DNA of 53,482 nt from Candidatus Kaiserbacteria bacterium RIFCSPHIGHO2_02_FULL_49_16. Lineage in GTDB: Bacteria; Patescibacteriota; Minisyncoccia; Phycocordibacterales; UBA2100. Location of the stretch: NCBI GenBank assembly GCA_001781465.1, contig MFLD01000043.1, positions 767-54,248 of the forward strand. The letters run 5' to 3'. Every line of letters starts with the position of its first letter. Positions within the stretch are counted from its first letter, which is position 1. The notes below the pieces were generated by a model that was not told the DNA's origin, searched no databases, and was given only the letters and a program-made list of their open reading frames with translations. Below are positions 15,867 through 25,470 of this stretch, one piece after another. The position numbers and the translations under genes are program-made.

Positions 15867-18668
15867 ATGAAGTTACCAAAAGCACCCGAACCATTCCTTA
15901 AGCCATACAGCTCCAAAGAGAGCGAGCAACAAATTCTTGAGCTTTGGGAGAAGAGCGGGTTTGCAAATCCCGATGTGTGCGTAGAAAAGGGCGTGACCGC
16001 GCCAGATGCCCCGTCCTATTCTATTGTGCTTCCCCCGCCGAACGTTACGGGGACTCTTCACATGGGACACGCGGCGATGCTTGCTGTTCAGGATATTCTC
16101 ATCCGCTATCACCGAATGCGAGGCGATAAGACTTTGTGGCTGCCGGGAACCGACCACGCGGCAATCGCGACACAATCTGTCGTAGAAAAAGATTTACTGA
16201 AGGCCGAAAAGAAAACGCGGCATGATTTGGGGCGCGAGGAATTCCTAAAGCGCGTAGAGCAATTCGCAAAAGAGAGCCATGACACGATAGTGGGGCAAGT
16301 GCGCGCGATGGGCGCGTCGGTGGATTGGACGCGCGAGGCCTACACGCTGGACGAGGCACGCAATTTGGCAGTACGAACCGCTTTCAAAAAAATGTACGAT
16401 GCGGGACTCATTTATAGAGGAAACCGCATCGTTAACTGGGACCCGAAAATGCAGACGACAGTTTCCGATGATGAAATTGAATATGTTGAGCAAAAGGACC
16501 CTTTTTATTATTTCAAGTATGGTCCTTTCATTATCGGCACTGTCCGCCCTGAAACGAAATTCGGCGACAAATACATCGTGATGCATCCCGACGATGCTAG
16601 GTACAAAGAATACAAAGACGGTCAACAGATGGAAGTGGAATGGATAAATGGAAAGATAATGGCGACAATTGTGAAAGACGAAGCGGCCGATATGTCGTTC
16701 GGCTCCGGCGTGATGACGATAACTCCGGCCCACTCCGGAATTGACTTCGAGATAGCGCAGAAACACAAGCTGGACGTTGAGCAAATAATAAATGAGCGAG
16801 GAATACTTCTTCCCATCGCGGGCGACTTTGCTGGGCAACATATTAAGAAAGCGCGCCCATTGGTTTTGGAGAAACTGAAAAATAAAGGACTCCTTGTGAA
16901 AGTCGAAGAGGGCTACGTACACAATGTGGCGCTCAACAGCCGCGGGGGCGAAACCATAGAACCGCAAATAAAACTCCAGTGGTTCGTGGACGTGAATAAG
17001 AAATTCACGATTCCTCGTTCAGAAATCCCCGGCATCGCCTCGGGTTCGCAAACTACTCTCAAGGAACTCATGCGCCGAGCCGTGGATTCGGGCGCGATTA
17101 AAATCGCGCCCGACAGGTTTGAGAGGGTGTATTACAACTGGATAGACAACTTGCGCGACTGGTGCATATCTCGGCAGATTTGGTACGGCCATCGAATTCC
17201 CGTCTGGTACTGCCTGAATTGCAAGCAACCCGCAATCGACGCAGAAATAAAGAGCCGGTGGTTTCTGGTGCGTCATGGAGAAACGGAAGCAAATCTAAAT
17301 AGAATAACGCAGGGGCATCAAGACACTCCTCTGACCGAACAAGGAATGGCGCAAGCAAAGTCCGCTGGAGAACAATTGAAGAATCAGGATATTGAGCTCA
17401 TCATCAGCTCCGACTTAGGCAGGTGCAAGCAAACAGCGGAAATTATCGCGAGGGCGACCGGAGCCGAAGTCGTACTTGATGCCGGATTCAGAGAACGATT
17501 CATGGGAGATGGCGAAGGATTAACGTATGAGGAGCATGAGAAGCGTTTTAGCCCGTTCAAGGACTATGACGACAAAACGGCGGGCAACATGGAAACCACC
17601 CGCGAATTGGAAGAGCGGGTATCTCAAGCATTCGCCAAACACAAGAAGATTCATGGACATAAAAACGTGGTCATCGTCAGCCATGGGGGCTCCATTCGCT
17701 GGCTCCTTAAGCGCGTAAAAAACCTCACGTTCGAGCAAGCAAAAATACCGCCAGTCAAGGGAAACGCCGAAGTGCAGTCTCTCGATATGCTTCAAACTCC
17801 GTGCCCGAAGTGCAGCAACGACTTATTTGAGCAGGATTCCGATACGTTGGACACGTGGTTCTCTTCAGGGATTTGGACGTTTTCAACACTTGGTTGGCCC
17901 TCCTTCGCGCAAAGCGCTATGAAGGGCAGGCCCGGACCGGAAAATGATTTCGCAAATTATCATCCAACCGATGTCCTAGAAACCGGATACGACATTCTAT
18001 TTTTCTGGGTTGCGCGGATGATTCTTATGACCGGATTTCTGCTCGGGACGGTTCCCTTCCGCAATGTATATCTGCACGGCCTCGTGCGCGACGCGCGGGG
18101 GCGCAAGATGTCAAAATCTCTCGGCAACATTATTGACCCGCTAACGATGATAGAAAAATATGGCGCGGACGCGGCACGATTGAGCCTCGTTGTCGGAGCG
18201 TCTCCCGGCAACGATGTAAAACTCTCCGAAAACCGCGTGCGCGGATACAAGCATTTCGCGAATAAAGTTTGGAACATATCCAGATTCGTACTCGAATCTG
18301 GCGCAGAAGGACGCGGAACGAACGCAGAATATACGCAGAAAGATTCCGAATTAATAGCAGAAACTCAAAACATTGCAAAAACAATTTCCGAACATATTGA
18401 CAACTTTCGGTTGGACCTTGCCGCTGATGCCATCTACCACTTCGTCTGGCATCGGTTCGCTGATGAAATAATAGAGGGGTCAAAATTAATTCTTAAGAGC
18501 AGGGATGCCGTTGCGGTTGCCTCTCGCCGCCATACTTTATACATGATACTCGATACCTCTTTACGGCTTCTTCACCCATTTATGCCTTTTGTTACGGAAG
18601 CAATTTGGCAACAGATTCCTGATCGCAAGAGCGATTTGCTCATGGTCGCCAAGTGGCCTGTAATATGA
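15867..18668 (+). CDS. valS: Valine--tRNA ligase with inserted histidine-phosphatase domain
   Basis: PPPNVTGTLHMGH (HIGH), DWCISRQIWYGH, DTWFSS, KMSKS; insert with RHGE..N and SHGG; start trimmed to ATG 15867. Confidence 0.96.
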   Translation: MKLPKAPEPFLKPYSSKESEQQILELWEKSGFANPDVCVEKGVTAPDAPSYSIVLPPPNVTGTLHMGHAAMLAVQDILIRYHRMRGDKTLWLPGTDHAAIATQSVVEKDLLKAEKKTRHDLGREEFLKRVEQFAKESHDTIVGQVRAMGASVDWTREAYTLDEARNLAVRTAFKKMYDAGLIYRGNRIVNWDPKMQTTVSDDEIEYVEQKDPFYYFKYGPFIIGTVRPETKFGDKYIVMHPDDARYKEYKDGQQMEVEWINGKIMATIVKDEAADMSFGSGVMTITPAHSGIDFEIAQKHKLDVEQIINERGILLPIAGDFAGQHIKKARPLVLEKLKNKGLLVKVEEGYVHNVALNSRGGETIEPQIKLQWFVDVNKKFTIPRSEIPGIASGSQTTLKELMRRAVDSGAIKIAPDRFERVYYNWIDNLRDWCISRQIWYGHRIPVWYCLNCKQPAIDAEIKSRWFLVRHGETEANLNRITQGHQDTPLTEQGMAQAKSAGEQLKNQDIELIISSDLGRCKQTAEIIARATGAEVVLDAGFRERFMGDGEGLTYEEHEKRFSPFKDYDDKTAGNMETTRELEERVSQAFAKHKKIHGHKNVVIVSHGGSIRWLLKRVKNLTFEQAKIPPVKGNAEVQSLDMLQTPCPKCSNDLFEQDSDTLDTWFSSGIWTFSTLGWPSFAQSAMKGRPGPENDFANYHPTDVLETGYDILFFWVARMILMTGFLLGTVPFRNVYLHGLVRDARGRKMSKSLGNIIDPLTMIEKYGADAARLSLVVGASPGNDVKLSENRVRGYKHFANKVWNISRFVLESGAEGRGTNAEYTQKDSELIAETQNIAKTISEHIDNFRLDLAADAIYHFVWHRFADEIIEGSKLILKSRDAVAVASRRHTLYMILDTSLRLLHPFMPFVTEAIWQQIPDRKSDLLMVAKWPVI

Positions 18669-19219
18669 GCCCTGATCAACTAGCAACAGGCGAAACAGAA
18701 CAACTGCGTTGGGAACCGGCTACTGATCACCCTAATGATTTGAGAGAAATTCATGGTTCGAATAGAGACGGATCGTTTGGTGGATCGCATTATCCGAGTG
18801 AGAACTTCTTAAGGAATTTCTATGCAGAGGGATATGATCACAGCAGATTAATATTGCGTAAAGGGAAACAGGCAATTGGCACCATTGCCTTGAAAAATAT
18901 GAATGTGAAAGATGGAAGATATGCGCTTCAAATAGACTCTCTCTTTGTAAGAAGCAAAGACCGGAGCCCTGGTATTTTCAAGGAAATCGTAAGGACGATC
19001 CGCAGTATTGCAGAAGAAAGAAAAGCGAGTTGCATTTCATGGGACCCAGACGGTGCTATCATTAATAGAATGAGCGATAAAATGAATGCGGAGAAGAGTG
19101 CTTCCCGCCCATTTAGAACTCTTCCAATAGGGAAATTTGATGTTGGAAATCTCATAAATTCACAAAGGCAATGGAAAGTGTTGCGAGAAAAGAACAGCGC
19201 TCCAGGCGTGACTTTGTAG
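18665..19219 (+). CDS. Hypothetical protein, possible GNAT fold
   Basis: ATGA overlap with the valS stop; IDSLFVRSKDRSPGIFKEIV resembles GNAT motif A. Confidence 0.6.
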   Translation: MSPDQLATGETEQLRWEPATDHPNDLREIHGSNRDGSFGGSHYPSENFLRNFYAEGYDHSRLILRKGKQAIGTIALKNMNVKDGRYALQIDSLFVRSKDRSPGIFKEIVRTIRSIAEERKASCISWDPDGAIINRMSDKMNAEKSASRPFRTLPIGKFDVGNLINSQRQWKVLREKNSAPGVTL

Positions 19220-19223
19220 GAAA

Positions 19224-19925
19224 ATGTCTGAAATAACCCCAGCTATCGCAGCGCTTGCAGGCGGAATATTTCCAGCCCTCGCTTGGCTTTGGTTTTGGTT
19301 GCGCGAGGATTCCGCGCATCCGGAGCCGCGGCGGCTTATCGCTCTCGCGTTTCTCGCGGGAATGGTCGCTGTTGCCGTCGTCATTCCGCTTGAAAAATAC
19401 GCCGCCACGTTCCTATTGAGTTCAATCGCGACATTCACCGCGTGGCCTGCTATAGAAGAACTCGTCAAATATCTCTCGGCTCGATTCACCGTTCTTAGTC
19501 GCCGAGAAGACGATGAGCCGATTGACCCCGTGATATACATGGTCGCGGTCGCTCTGGGATTTGCCGCCGCGGAGAACGCGCTTTTTCTTTTGAGCCCGCT
19601 TTCTGGAAGCACTATCATAGAGACCATTCTAACGGGCAATCTGCGCTTCGTTGGAGCGACGCTTCTTCATGTCCTTTCCTCTGCCGTAATAGGCGTCGCG
19701 CTTGGACTATCATTCTACAAATCAAAAACTGAGAAGTTCACGTATGTCGTTATCGGAGTTATCCTAGCGATTGTTTTGCATGGCGCGTTCAATTACCTCA
19801 TACTGAATACGCCGGAAGAACATCTCTTGCGCGCCTTCGGGTATGTGTGGATAGGTCTTATTGCGCTTCTGGCTGTGATAGAATACATCAAGCGAATACA
19901 TCCGAAGATTTTTAAGTCAAGCTAG
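19224..19925 (+). CDS. prsW: PrsW-family intramembrane metalloprotease
   Basis: Multi-TM; IEELVK, GFAAAEN, LHVLSS and LHGAFN motifs. Confidence 0.88.
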   Translation: MSEITPAIAALAGGIFPALAWLWFWLREDSAHPEPRRLIALAFLAGMVAVAVVIPLEKYAATFLLSSIATFTAWPAIEELVKYLSARFTVLSRREDDEPIDPVIYMVAVALGFAAAENALFLLSPLSGSTIIETILTGNLRFVGATLLHVLSSAVIGVALGLSFYKSKTEKFTYVVIGVILAIVLHGAFNYLILNTPEEHLLRAFGYVWIGLIALLAVIEYIKRIHPKIFKSS

Positions 19926-19959
19926 ACTATCTTTATTTATAAATTAATTAACAACCAAC

Positions 19960-20445
19960 ATGGCAAAGCCTTCATTTTTCGCTCGACTCACCGGTTCAGC
20001 AGGAGAGTATGATGATTATTTGGAGGACGGAGATACGAAGCATGCCGTGTTTGAAGGCACTGGCTCGGAGCGCCACGCGCATATTGAAAGCGACGATGCT
20101 ACAAACAGCGGCCCCGGAGGCGAGCTTGCGGTTGATGTCTATCAGACTGCGGATGCAATCGTGGTGAAAGCCCTTATCGCCGGAGTTCAGCCGACTTCAA
20201 TTGACATTTCTCTGACGCGGGAAATGCTGACTATAACCGGCTCGCGCGAAGATGAGCGCGAGGTTGACGAAGAAAATTATTTCCAACGCGAATTATATTG
20301 GGGCTCTTTTTCCCGCACGATACTTCTGCCGGAAGAAATCGATGTTGACCTGGCCGAGGCGACCGAAAAACACGGTATCCTCATGCTCCGCCTGCCGAAG
20401 ATAAATAAGAAACGACAAACAAAACTAAAAGTCAGAAGCCGGTAA
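19960..20445 (+). CDS. Hsp20/alpha-crystallin small heat-shock protein
   Basis: VDVYQT, LTITGSR, ELYWGSFSRTILLP, GILMLRLPK. Confidence 0.93.
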   Translation: MAKPSFFARLTGSAGEYDDYLEDGDTKHAVFEGTGSERHAHIESDDATNSGPGGELAVDVYQTADAIVVKALIAGVQPTSIDISLTREMLTITGSREDEREVDEENYFQRELYWGSFSRTILLPEEIDVDLAEATEKHGILMLRLPKINKKRQTKLKVRSR

Positions 20446-20466
20446 AACAGCCGGTAGCCTGTAGCC

Positions 20467-20528
20467 GATTTTTTCCTTGGTACTCCAAGGAGCAAAAATC
20501 GCGTCGAAACCGACCACGGTTTCGACGC
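20467..20528 (+). terminator. Tandem hairpins after hsp20
   Basis: tccttgg-tact-ccaagga and gcgtcgaaaccg-acca-cggtttcgacgc, flanked by heptamer-like repeats. Confidence 0.4.
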
Positions 20529-20603
20529 AGACAAGCTGGTACCGGCTACAAGATACCAGCTCGCATATGCTATACTCTCCAAGTTATAAATTAAATTTTA
20601 ACC

Positions 20604-21323
20604 ATGGACAATATTCAGAAATTTGCAGTTCCAATAGCAATCGTAATCGCGGGAGCTCTCATCGCGGGAGCAGTTTATTTCGCCTCTATTGGCCGCGCGC
20701 CTGCGAATGCCGGCGCCGGCGATCCGCCTCTGCAACCCTCCGTCAACATCAAAGATGTAAAAATAGTCGGTAATCCATTCATCGGAAACCATAACGCGCC
20801 CGTCGTGCTTGCATATTGGTCTGACCATCAGTGTCCGTACTGCAAGGCGGTGGAAGTCGGGGGAATTCCCCAAATCCCAATCACTCCGGCAATTCCAGAA
20901 TTGATAAGAGATTACGTTGATGCGGGCAAGCTCAAAATTGTATTTAAAGATTATCCATTCCTCGGTCCGGATTCCACAACAGCCGCTTTGTATGAACACG
21001 CGATATGGGAGTTGTATCCGGACAAGTTCTACACTTGGAGAAAAGCGCTGATGAACGCGCAGGACGCAGAAAACGCGGGCTTCGGCAACGAGGCATCAAT
21101 TTTGGAACTCATCAAAACTATTCCCGGCATGGACGGCGGTAAGGCAAAAACACTCGTTGCGAAGAAAACGGATGCCTATACAAAAAGCATAGAAGCCGAC
21201 AGGGCGGAGGGCGCCTCATTCGGAATTCAAGGCACACCTGGATTCATCACTGGAACCAAGCTTATAGCAGGAGCCGCAGACCCTTCCGCTTTCAAGACAG
21301 CAATAGACGAACAGCTCAAATAA
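20604..21323 (+). CDS. DsbA-family thioredoxin-fold oxidoreductase
   Basis: N-terminal TM, SDHQCPYC active site, GIQGTPGF cis-Pro loop. Confidence 0.9.
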   Translation: MDNIQKFAVPIAIVIAGALIAGAVYFASIGRAPANAGAGDPPLQPSVNIKDVKIVGNPFIGNHNAPVVLAYWSDHQCPYCKAVEVGGIPQIPITPAIPELIRDYVDAGKLKIVFKDYPFLGPDSTTAALYEHAIWELYPDKFYTWRKALMNAQDAENAGFGNEASILELIKTIPGMDGGKAKTLVAKKTDAYTKSIEADRAEGASFGIQGTPGFITGTKLIAGAADPSAFKTAIDEQLK

Positions 21324-21360
21324 CTCGGCAATATCCACCCGCTATCCGACTGGGGCAAAT

Positions 21361-21389
21361 AACCCAGTGAGGTGTCACCTCACTGGGTT
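21361..21389. repeat. 29-bp palindrome, AGGTnnnACCT core
   Basis: aacccagtgaggtg-t-cacctcactgggtt between convergent genes. Confidence 0.8.
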
Positions 21390-22259
21390 CTATTCTAGGA
21401 GTCCGAGGCGGTAAATTTCAAACGAGTTTTCGCCTTCAAACATGTCGGACGGGTTGGGAAGGTAGATTCGCCGGCGCGATATTTCCTTCGTTGCATCGTT
21501 CACAAGCCGTTGAAAAGTCGCAAAGTCTTCTTTGCATTCTGAAAAATCTATAACATATCGCCGCATTTGTGAAGAGCCGTCGGCATTTTTCCTCTTTTTG
21601 CACTCTTGAACGATAAAGCGTTTTACCGGGCGGCCGTATTTCTCCCGCACCGTGTAGTAATTGAAAATTGCCTGCATCACGAAAAGTGTTTTCCGCGAAC
21701 GGTCTTTGCTGAAGGAATCGACGAACTTATGGTCAACAATGTCGAGCGCTTTGCTGTCTATCCGCGACTCCACCACCAAATCAGAAACCGCTTTTATTGG
21801 GAGCGCTAATCTGGGAACCTCCGCGACAGCCACCACTTCCACGCCGAGGACTTTGTATTTCGGCGGTCGTTCAAGATAAAAATTAATGGCTTGCAGATAC
21901 TCGCGCTCCATAGCCGCCCGCTTTTTCTTTTTGGCAAGACGAGTCGTTGCTTTTCCGAAATTAATTTCAAAATCTGGGACGGAACGAAGGTACTCGAGTC
22001 CGAGGTCAATCGCGCCTTGTTTCTTAATGCCGCCGTAAAAGTGCTGAAGCGCCACATGTCCCGCGCGCCCAATAATTGAAGCGGGATTGTAAGGCGTGTC
22101 GTATACCTTCTCAACATATCGCTTGTACCAAGCAAGCGGATTCCTCAAAAAAGACATGAGCGAGGAATGGCTCCAGTATTTAATCGGCACTGTTTCCCTT
22201 TTGCCTGGAATCTGCCCCGCGAGACCGCGCGCCCGTCTCTTCTGGGTTGCCTTCTTCAT
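21390..22259 (-). CDS. PD-(D/E)xK nuclease-family protein (PDDEXK_1-like)
   Basis: SHSSL..F.RNP..W..RY, GRAGH.AL, SDLV, IVDHK, Q..FNY; ATG 22259 has TATACT 6 nt upstream. Confidence 0.8.
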   Translation of the reverse strand: MKKATQKRRARGLAGQIPGKRETVPIKYWSHSSLMSFLRNPLAWYKRYVEKVYDTPYNPASIIGRAGHVALQHFYGGIKKQGAIDLGLEYLRSVPDFEINFGKATTRLAKKKKRAAMEREYLQAINFYLERPPKYKVLGVEVVAVAEVPRLALPIKAVSDLVVESRIDSKALDIVDHKFVDSFSKDRSRKTLFVMQAIFNYYTVREKYGRPVKRFIVQECKKRKNADGSSQMRRYVIDFSECKEDFATFQRLVNDATKEISRRRIYLPNPSDMFEGENSFEIYRLGLLE

Positions 22260-22554
22260 AGAGCGAGTATAACCCGCTAAATAGTCAGTTGCCATATGAA
22301 TCTTATCGGGTCAAACGGCGCCGTTTGACCCGCTAGACTCGATGGAGTTGGCATCGATGCCTGTATGGGCCTCTGCGCAAGGCAAATTTTGGAGTTCAGT
22401 TCCAAAACTCTATATGGAGCCATTCGCGCGAACGGTTCCATAGCGGCCAGAGGGCTATCTTCACACACTTCATTTATTTATTTGCAAAGTTTGTGCGAAA
22501 GGATATTATCGCAACCAGAACCCCGGTGAATGACCGGCACACAAGGAGAATGGA

Positions 22555-22851
22555 ATGTACATCGGAAGTACACCAGAGCAGAAGGAGCGACATCGTCAAC
22601 GGGTGTTCGTCGCAGATTGGCTTGCGGATTTCGTTAAATCATCTAGTCGCATTACGGGCGAAGACAGGGACACTTTGCTTGCAATGCTGGTTGACGCAAG
22701 GAATCTGCTTGGCGCACCTGGCGGCAAAAAGCTGAACGCCACTCAGGAGCTCCTTGTCAAGAACAAGATATTGACCAGGCGTAGCCTCAACTCCATGCTC
22801 AAAAAGGCTAGAGAGGCCTACAGGACATCAGGGGTTGATAAGAACGCATAA
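22555..22851 (+). CDS. Hypothetical protein
   Basis: 98-aa ORF with AAGGAG SD-like sequence upstream. Confidence 0.55.
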   Translation: MYIGSTPEQKERHRQRVFVADWLADFVKSSSRITGEDRDTLLAMLVDARNLLGAPGGKKLNATQELLVKNKILTRRSLNSMLKKAREAYRTSGVDKNA

Positions 22852-23097
22852 CCAACAGACAGACCTGGGAGGGCCGGCTGGTTTCATGCAACACTTCTCC
22901 CAATCTAATCCGGAACTCGGCGGAGAATGTGAGCTCCACTGGCTCAATCGGCGCCGATTGAGCCAGTGACCTGGGCTGAAGGCAAATTTGACGCCCCCCG
23001 CAATAGAGCGTCGCAGTACCAGAGCAAAGCTCGGTACACAGCAAGAAGCTCACTAGGGGGCTATGCAAATCCGATGCGGAGGTTTAGGATTGTTTAA

Positions 23098-23226
23098 ATG
23101 GATGAGGAAACGTTAAAAAAAATTGCGGATACGCTTCAGATATTTGTTCATGTCGGGCTATATTTCCTAGCTATTCTCGGCGCATGGAAGGTCTTGGAGT
23201 GGCTCTTTGGTCTTTTCTTTCTCTAA
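23098..23226 (+). CDS. Small hypothetical membrane protein (42 aa)
   Basis: MDEETLKKIADTLQIFVHVGLYFLAILGAWKVLEWLFGLFFL*; GGAGG upstream; below the ORF-track cutoff. Confidence 0.5.
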   Translation: MDEETLKKIADTLQIFVHVGLYFLAILGAWKVLEWLFGLFFL

Positions 23227-23282
23227 ATCAACAAATAATAATGCGTTGGACATCCCTTTAGCAGGGGTATAGCATTGGCGGG

Positions 23283-23843
23283 ATGAATATGGAAAGAATA
23301 CTTGATATTAGATTTCTGGTTCCCCCGATTCTGACTTTATTCTTTATTTTTTTCTATTCACCATCCTACTTTCTGGCTTTCTTGATTAATAAATCGGCTT
23401 TGTTAAGTATAGTTGTTGGCCCCGTACTTATATTGGCTCTGGGCTTTATTATTTCAAGCTTCGTAAACGCTGTTGTGGATTTACTTGATGCACGTACTCC
23501 CACGAACATTCGCGAGTTGGATATATGGCGAGCACTTGAAAAGGAGGGGCAACACGTCTGTAATCAGGTTCATAAGAGATGGCATATTGCGATAGCAAAC
23601 TTTAATTCCTGCTTCGCGACTGTTTTGGCTCCGATTTTGATTTATATTTTTACGATGTCAAAACAAATTATTCCTCCTATTCCTACATATGGCTGGGGAA
23701 TTATTTATGCTACTGCCATAATAGGCTGCGCTATTCTTTTCGTGCGAAACGGCTGCGTTGCGTGGAAGAACGTAATGCAAATTGATGAAGATGTGGTGTC
23801 GATGCATCTAATCTCCGAGGCTAAACCTTCGGATATTAGATAA
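23283..23843 (+). CDS. Hypothetical membrane protein (~4 TM)
   Basis: Four hydrophobic segments; AT-rich. Confidence 0.7.
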   Translation: MNMERILDIRFLVPPILTLFFIFFYSPSYFLAFLINKSALLSIVVGPVLILALGFIISSFVNAVVDLLDARTPTNIRELDIWRALEKEGQHVCNQVHKRWHIAIANFNSCFATVLAPILIYIFTMSKQIIPPIPTYGWGIIYATAIIGCAILFVRNGCVAWKNVMQIDEDVVSMHLISEAKPSDIR

Positions 23844-24015
23844 GGACCGAGATATTTGGATACAGTTCTAGGCGCGGGGAATGCGGGTTCGGAGGAGTAT
23901 AACTTTGGGAATGACCCACACAACGCGAAACATGGAGTTTGCCTGTACCATTCACCGACACCTGTCGATGAATGGTACAGGCGTAGAGAAGCCGATTTCG
24001 CACTGGCCTTTTCTA

Positions 24016-24048
24016 TTCTACGTACTACGTTCTACTTACTACGAACTA
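24016..24048. repeat. Heptamer tandem repeat (TWCTACG)n
   Basis: ttctacg tactacg ttctact tactacg aacta, just past the rpoD stop. Confidence 0.7.
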
Positions 24049-24052
24049 TTAT

Positions 24053-25342
24053 TCAGTAACTCCTCAACTGCTTCGCGCGGTCGTGCAATCTAATGCGTTC
24101 AAGCGCCTTAGCTTCAATCTGGCGGATGCGCTCGCGGGTGACGCCGAATTCGCGCCCGACCTCTTCAAGCGTGTAGCAAATGCCCTCGTCAGTAAGACCG
24201 TTGCGCATTTCTAAAATCTTTCTTTCCTTCGGCGACAGCTCGTCCAAAATTCCTTCCATTTGTTCCGAAAGAATTCGGCGCGAGGCGTCTTGGTCGGGCG
24301 AGGCAATCGTATCGTCCGCGATAAAACTCCCCAAGGTTGAGCGCTCGTCGTCGTCTTCTCCCACCGGACTCTCGAGAGAAACGGTGTCTTGATTTATTTT
24401 TTGGATGACGTAAATTTTATCAACCTCAATCCCCATTTCTTCGGCAATTTCTTCCGGAAGAGGGTCGCGCCCCAAGTGCTGTGAAAGTTCGCGCACTTTT
24501 TGTTTGTATTTCGCGATAGTTTCTACCATGTGAACGGGAATGCGGATGGTGCGCGATTGGTCGGCAAGAGCGCGAGTAATTGCCTGTCGAATCCACCACG
24601 TGGCGTAGGTTGAGAATTTGTAGCCCTTCGTGTAGTCAAATTTATCCACCGCCTTAAAAAGGCCAAGGTTTCCCTCTTGAATTAGGTCAAGGAGAGTGAG
24701 GTCGGGCGAGCGATTTACATATTTTTTAGCGATAGAAACCACGAGGCGCAGGTTGGAACGCGCGAGAATGTTGCGGGCTTCGTCGTCATTCTGCAAAATC
24801 CGTTTCGCCAGCTCCTTTTCCTGGTCTCCGTTGATGAGCGGATACTGGCCGATTTCTCGCAAGTACATTTGAACCGAATCAAATCCGCTGTCCGCTCGGC
24901 GATTCTGGAGTTTTTTCCGCTCCAACACGAGCGTAGCAGAATTATCTTCCAGCATTCCTCCGCCTTCTAGCACGTCTATTCCCGCGGTACTGAAGCGTTC
25001 GTATATGTCTTCCAAAAGAATTACATTGTCTTCTATCGTTGGGAATTCGCGCAAAATCTCGTCGTAAGTAATGTACCCGCGCTCGCGCCCGAGCGTTATC
25101 AGCGCTTCAACTTTTGACTGGTCCTTTCCTTTTGCTTTTCTTGATTGCGCTCTTCCCTTCACGCGTCCTGCGGTGGCCTTGGTTATCTTAACCTTTTTGG
25201 CTGCTGGTTTACGCTTAGCCGCACGCCTCTTTTTAGAAATTATTTTCTTTTTACGCGTACGCTTTTTTTGCACGCGCTTTTTCTTTGCGTGCGTGGAGCG
25301 CTTTTTTGATTTCTTAATTTTGCTTTTTTTCTTTTTTGTCAT
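24053..25342 (-). CDS. rpoD: RNA polymerase primary sigma factor with Lys-rich N-terminal tail
   Basis: [68 protein letters not shown]. Confidence 0.97.
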   Translation of the reverse strand: MTKKKKSKIKKSKKRSTHAKKKRVQKKRTRKKKIISKKRRAAKRKPAAKKVKITKATAGRVKGRAQSRKAKGKDQSKVEALITLGRERGYITYDEILREFPTIEDNVILLEDIYERFSTAGIDVLEGGGMLEDNSATLVLERKKLQNRRADSGFDSVQMYLREIGQYPLINGDQEKELAKRILQNDDEARNILARSNLRLVVSIAKKYVNRSPDLTLLDLIQEGNLGLFKAVDKFDYTKGYKFSTYATWWIRQAITRALADQSRTIRIPVHMVETIAKYKQKVRELSQHLGRDPLPEEIAEEMGIEVDKIYVIQKINQDTVSLESPVGEDDDERSTLGSFIADDTIASPDQDASRRILSEQMEGILDELSPKERKILEMRNGLTDEGICYTLEEVGREFGVTRERIRQIEAKALERIRLHDRAKQLRSY

Positions 25343-25470
25343 ACAATGGTTCTGTCTGGAACATTAACAACGTAAGCGAAGAATTTTCGCTTTCTGTTGA
25401 TGCGCCTCCCGCTCCTAGACTAAAAGCAGACAAACGCCGCTCGCGCGGCGCTCACGGCAAAATAATACAA

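Noticed and set aside
17250..17800. Intein in ValRS
   Set aside because: No intein terminal His-Asn or splicing blocks; the insert has histidine-phosphatase motifs.
22360..23050. c-di-GMP-I riboswitch suggested by AAGGCAAA
   Set aside because: The expected GNRA-capped P2 and the following GCAAAGC-type segment are not evident.
21390..24000. Prophage or Cas4 locus around the PD-(D/E)xK gene
   Set aside because: No integrase, structural or cas genes, and the nuclease lacks the Cas4 cysteine cluster.
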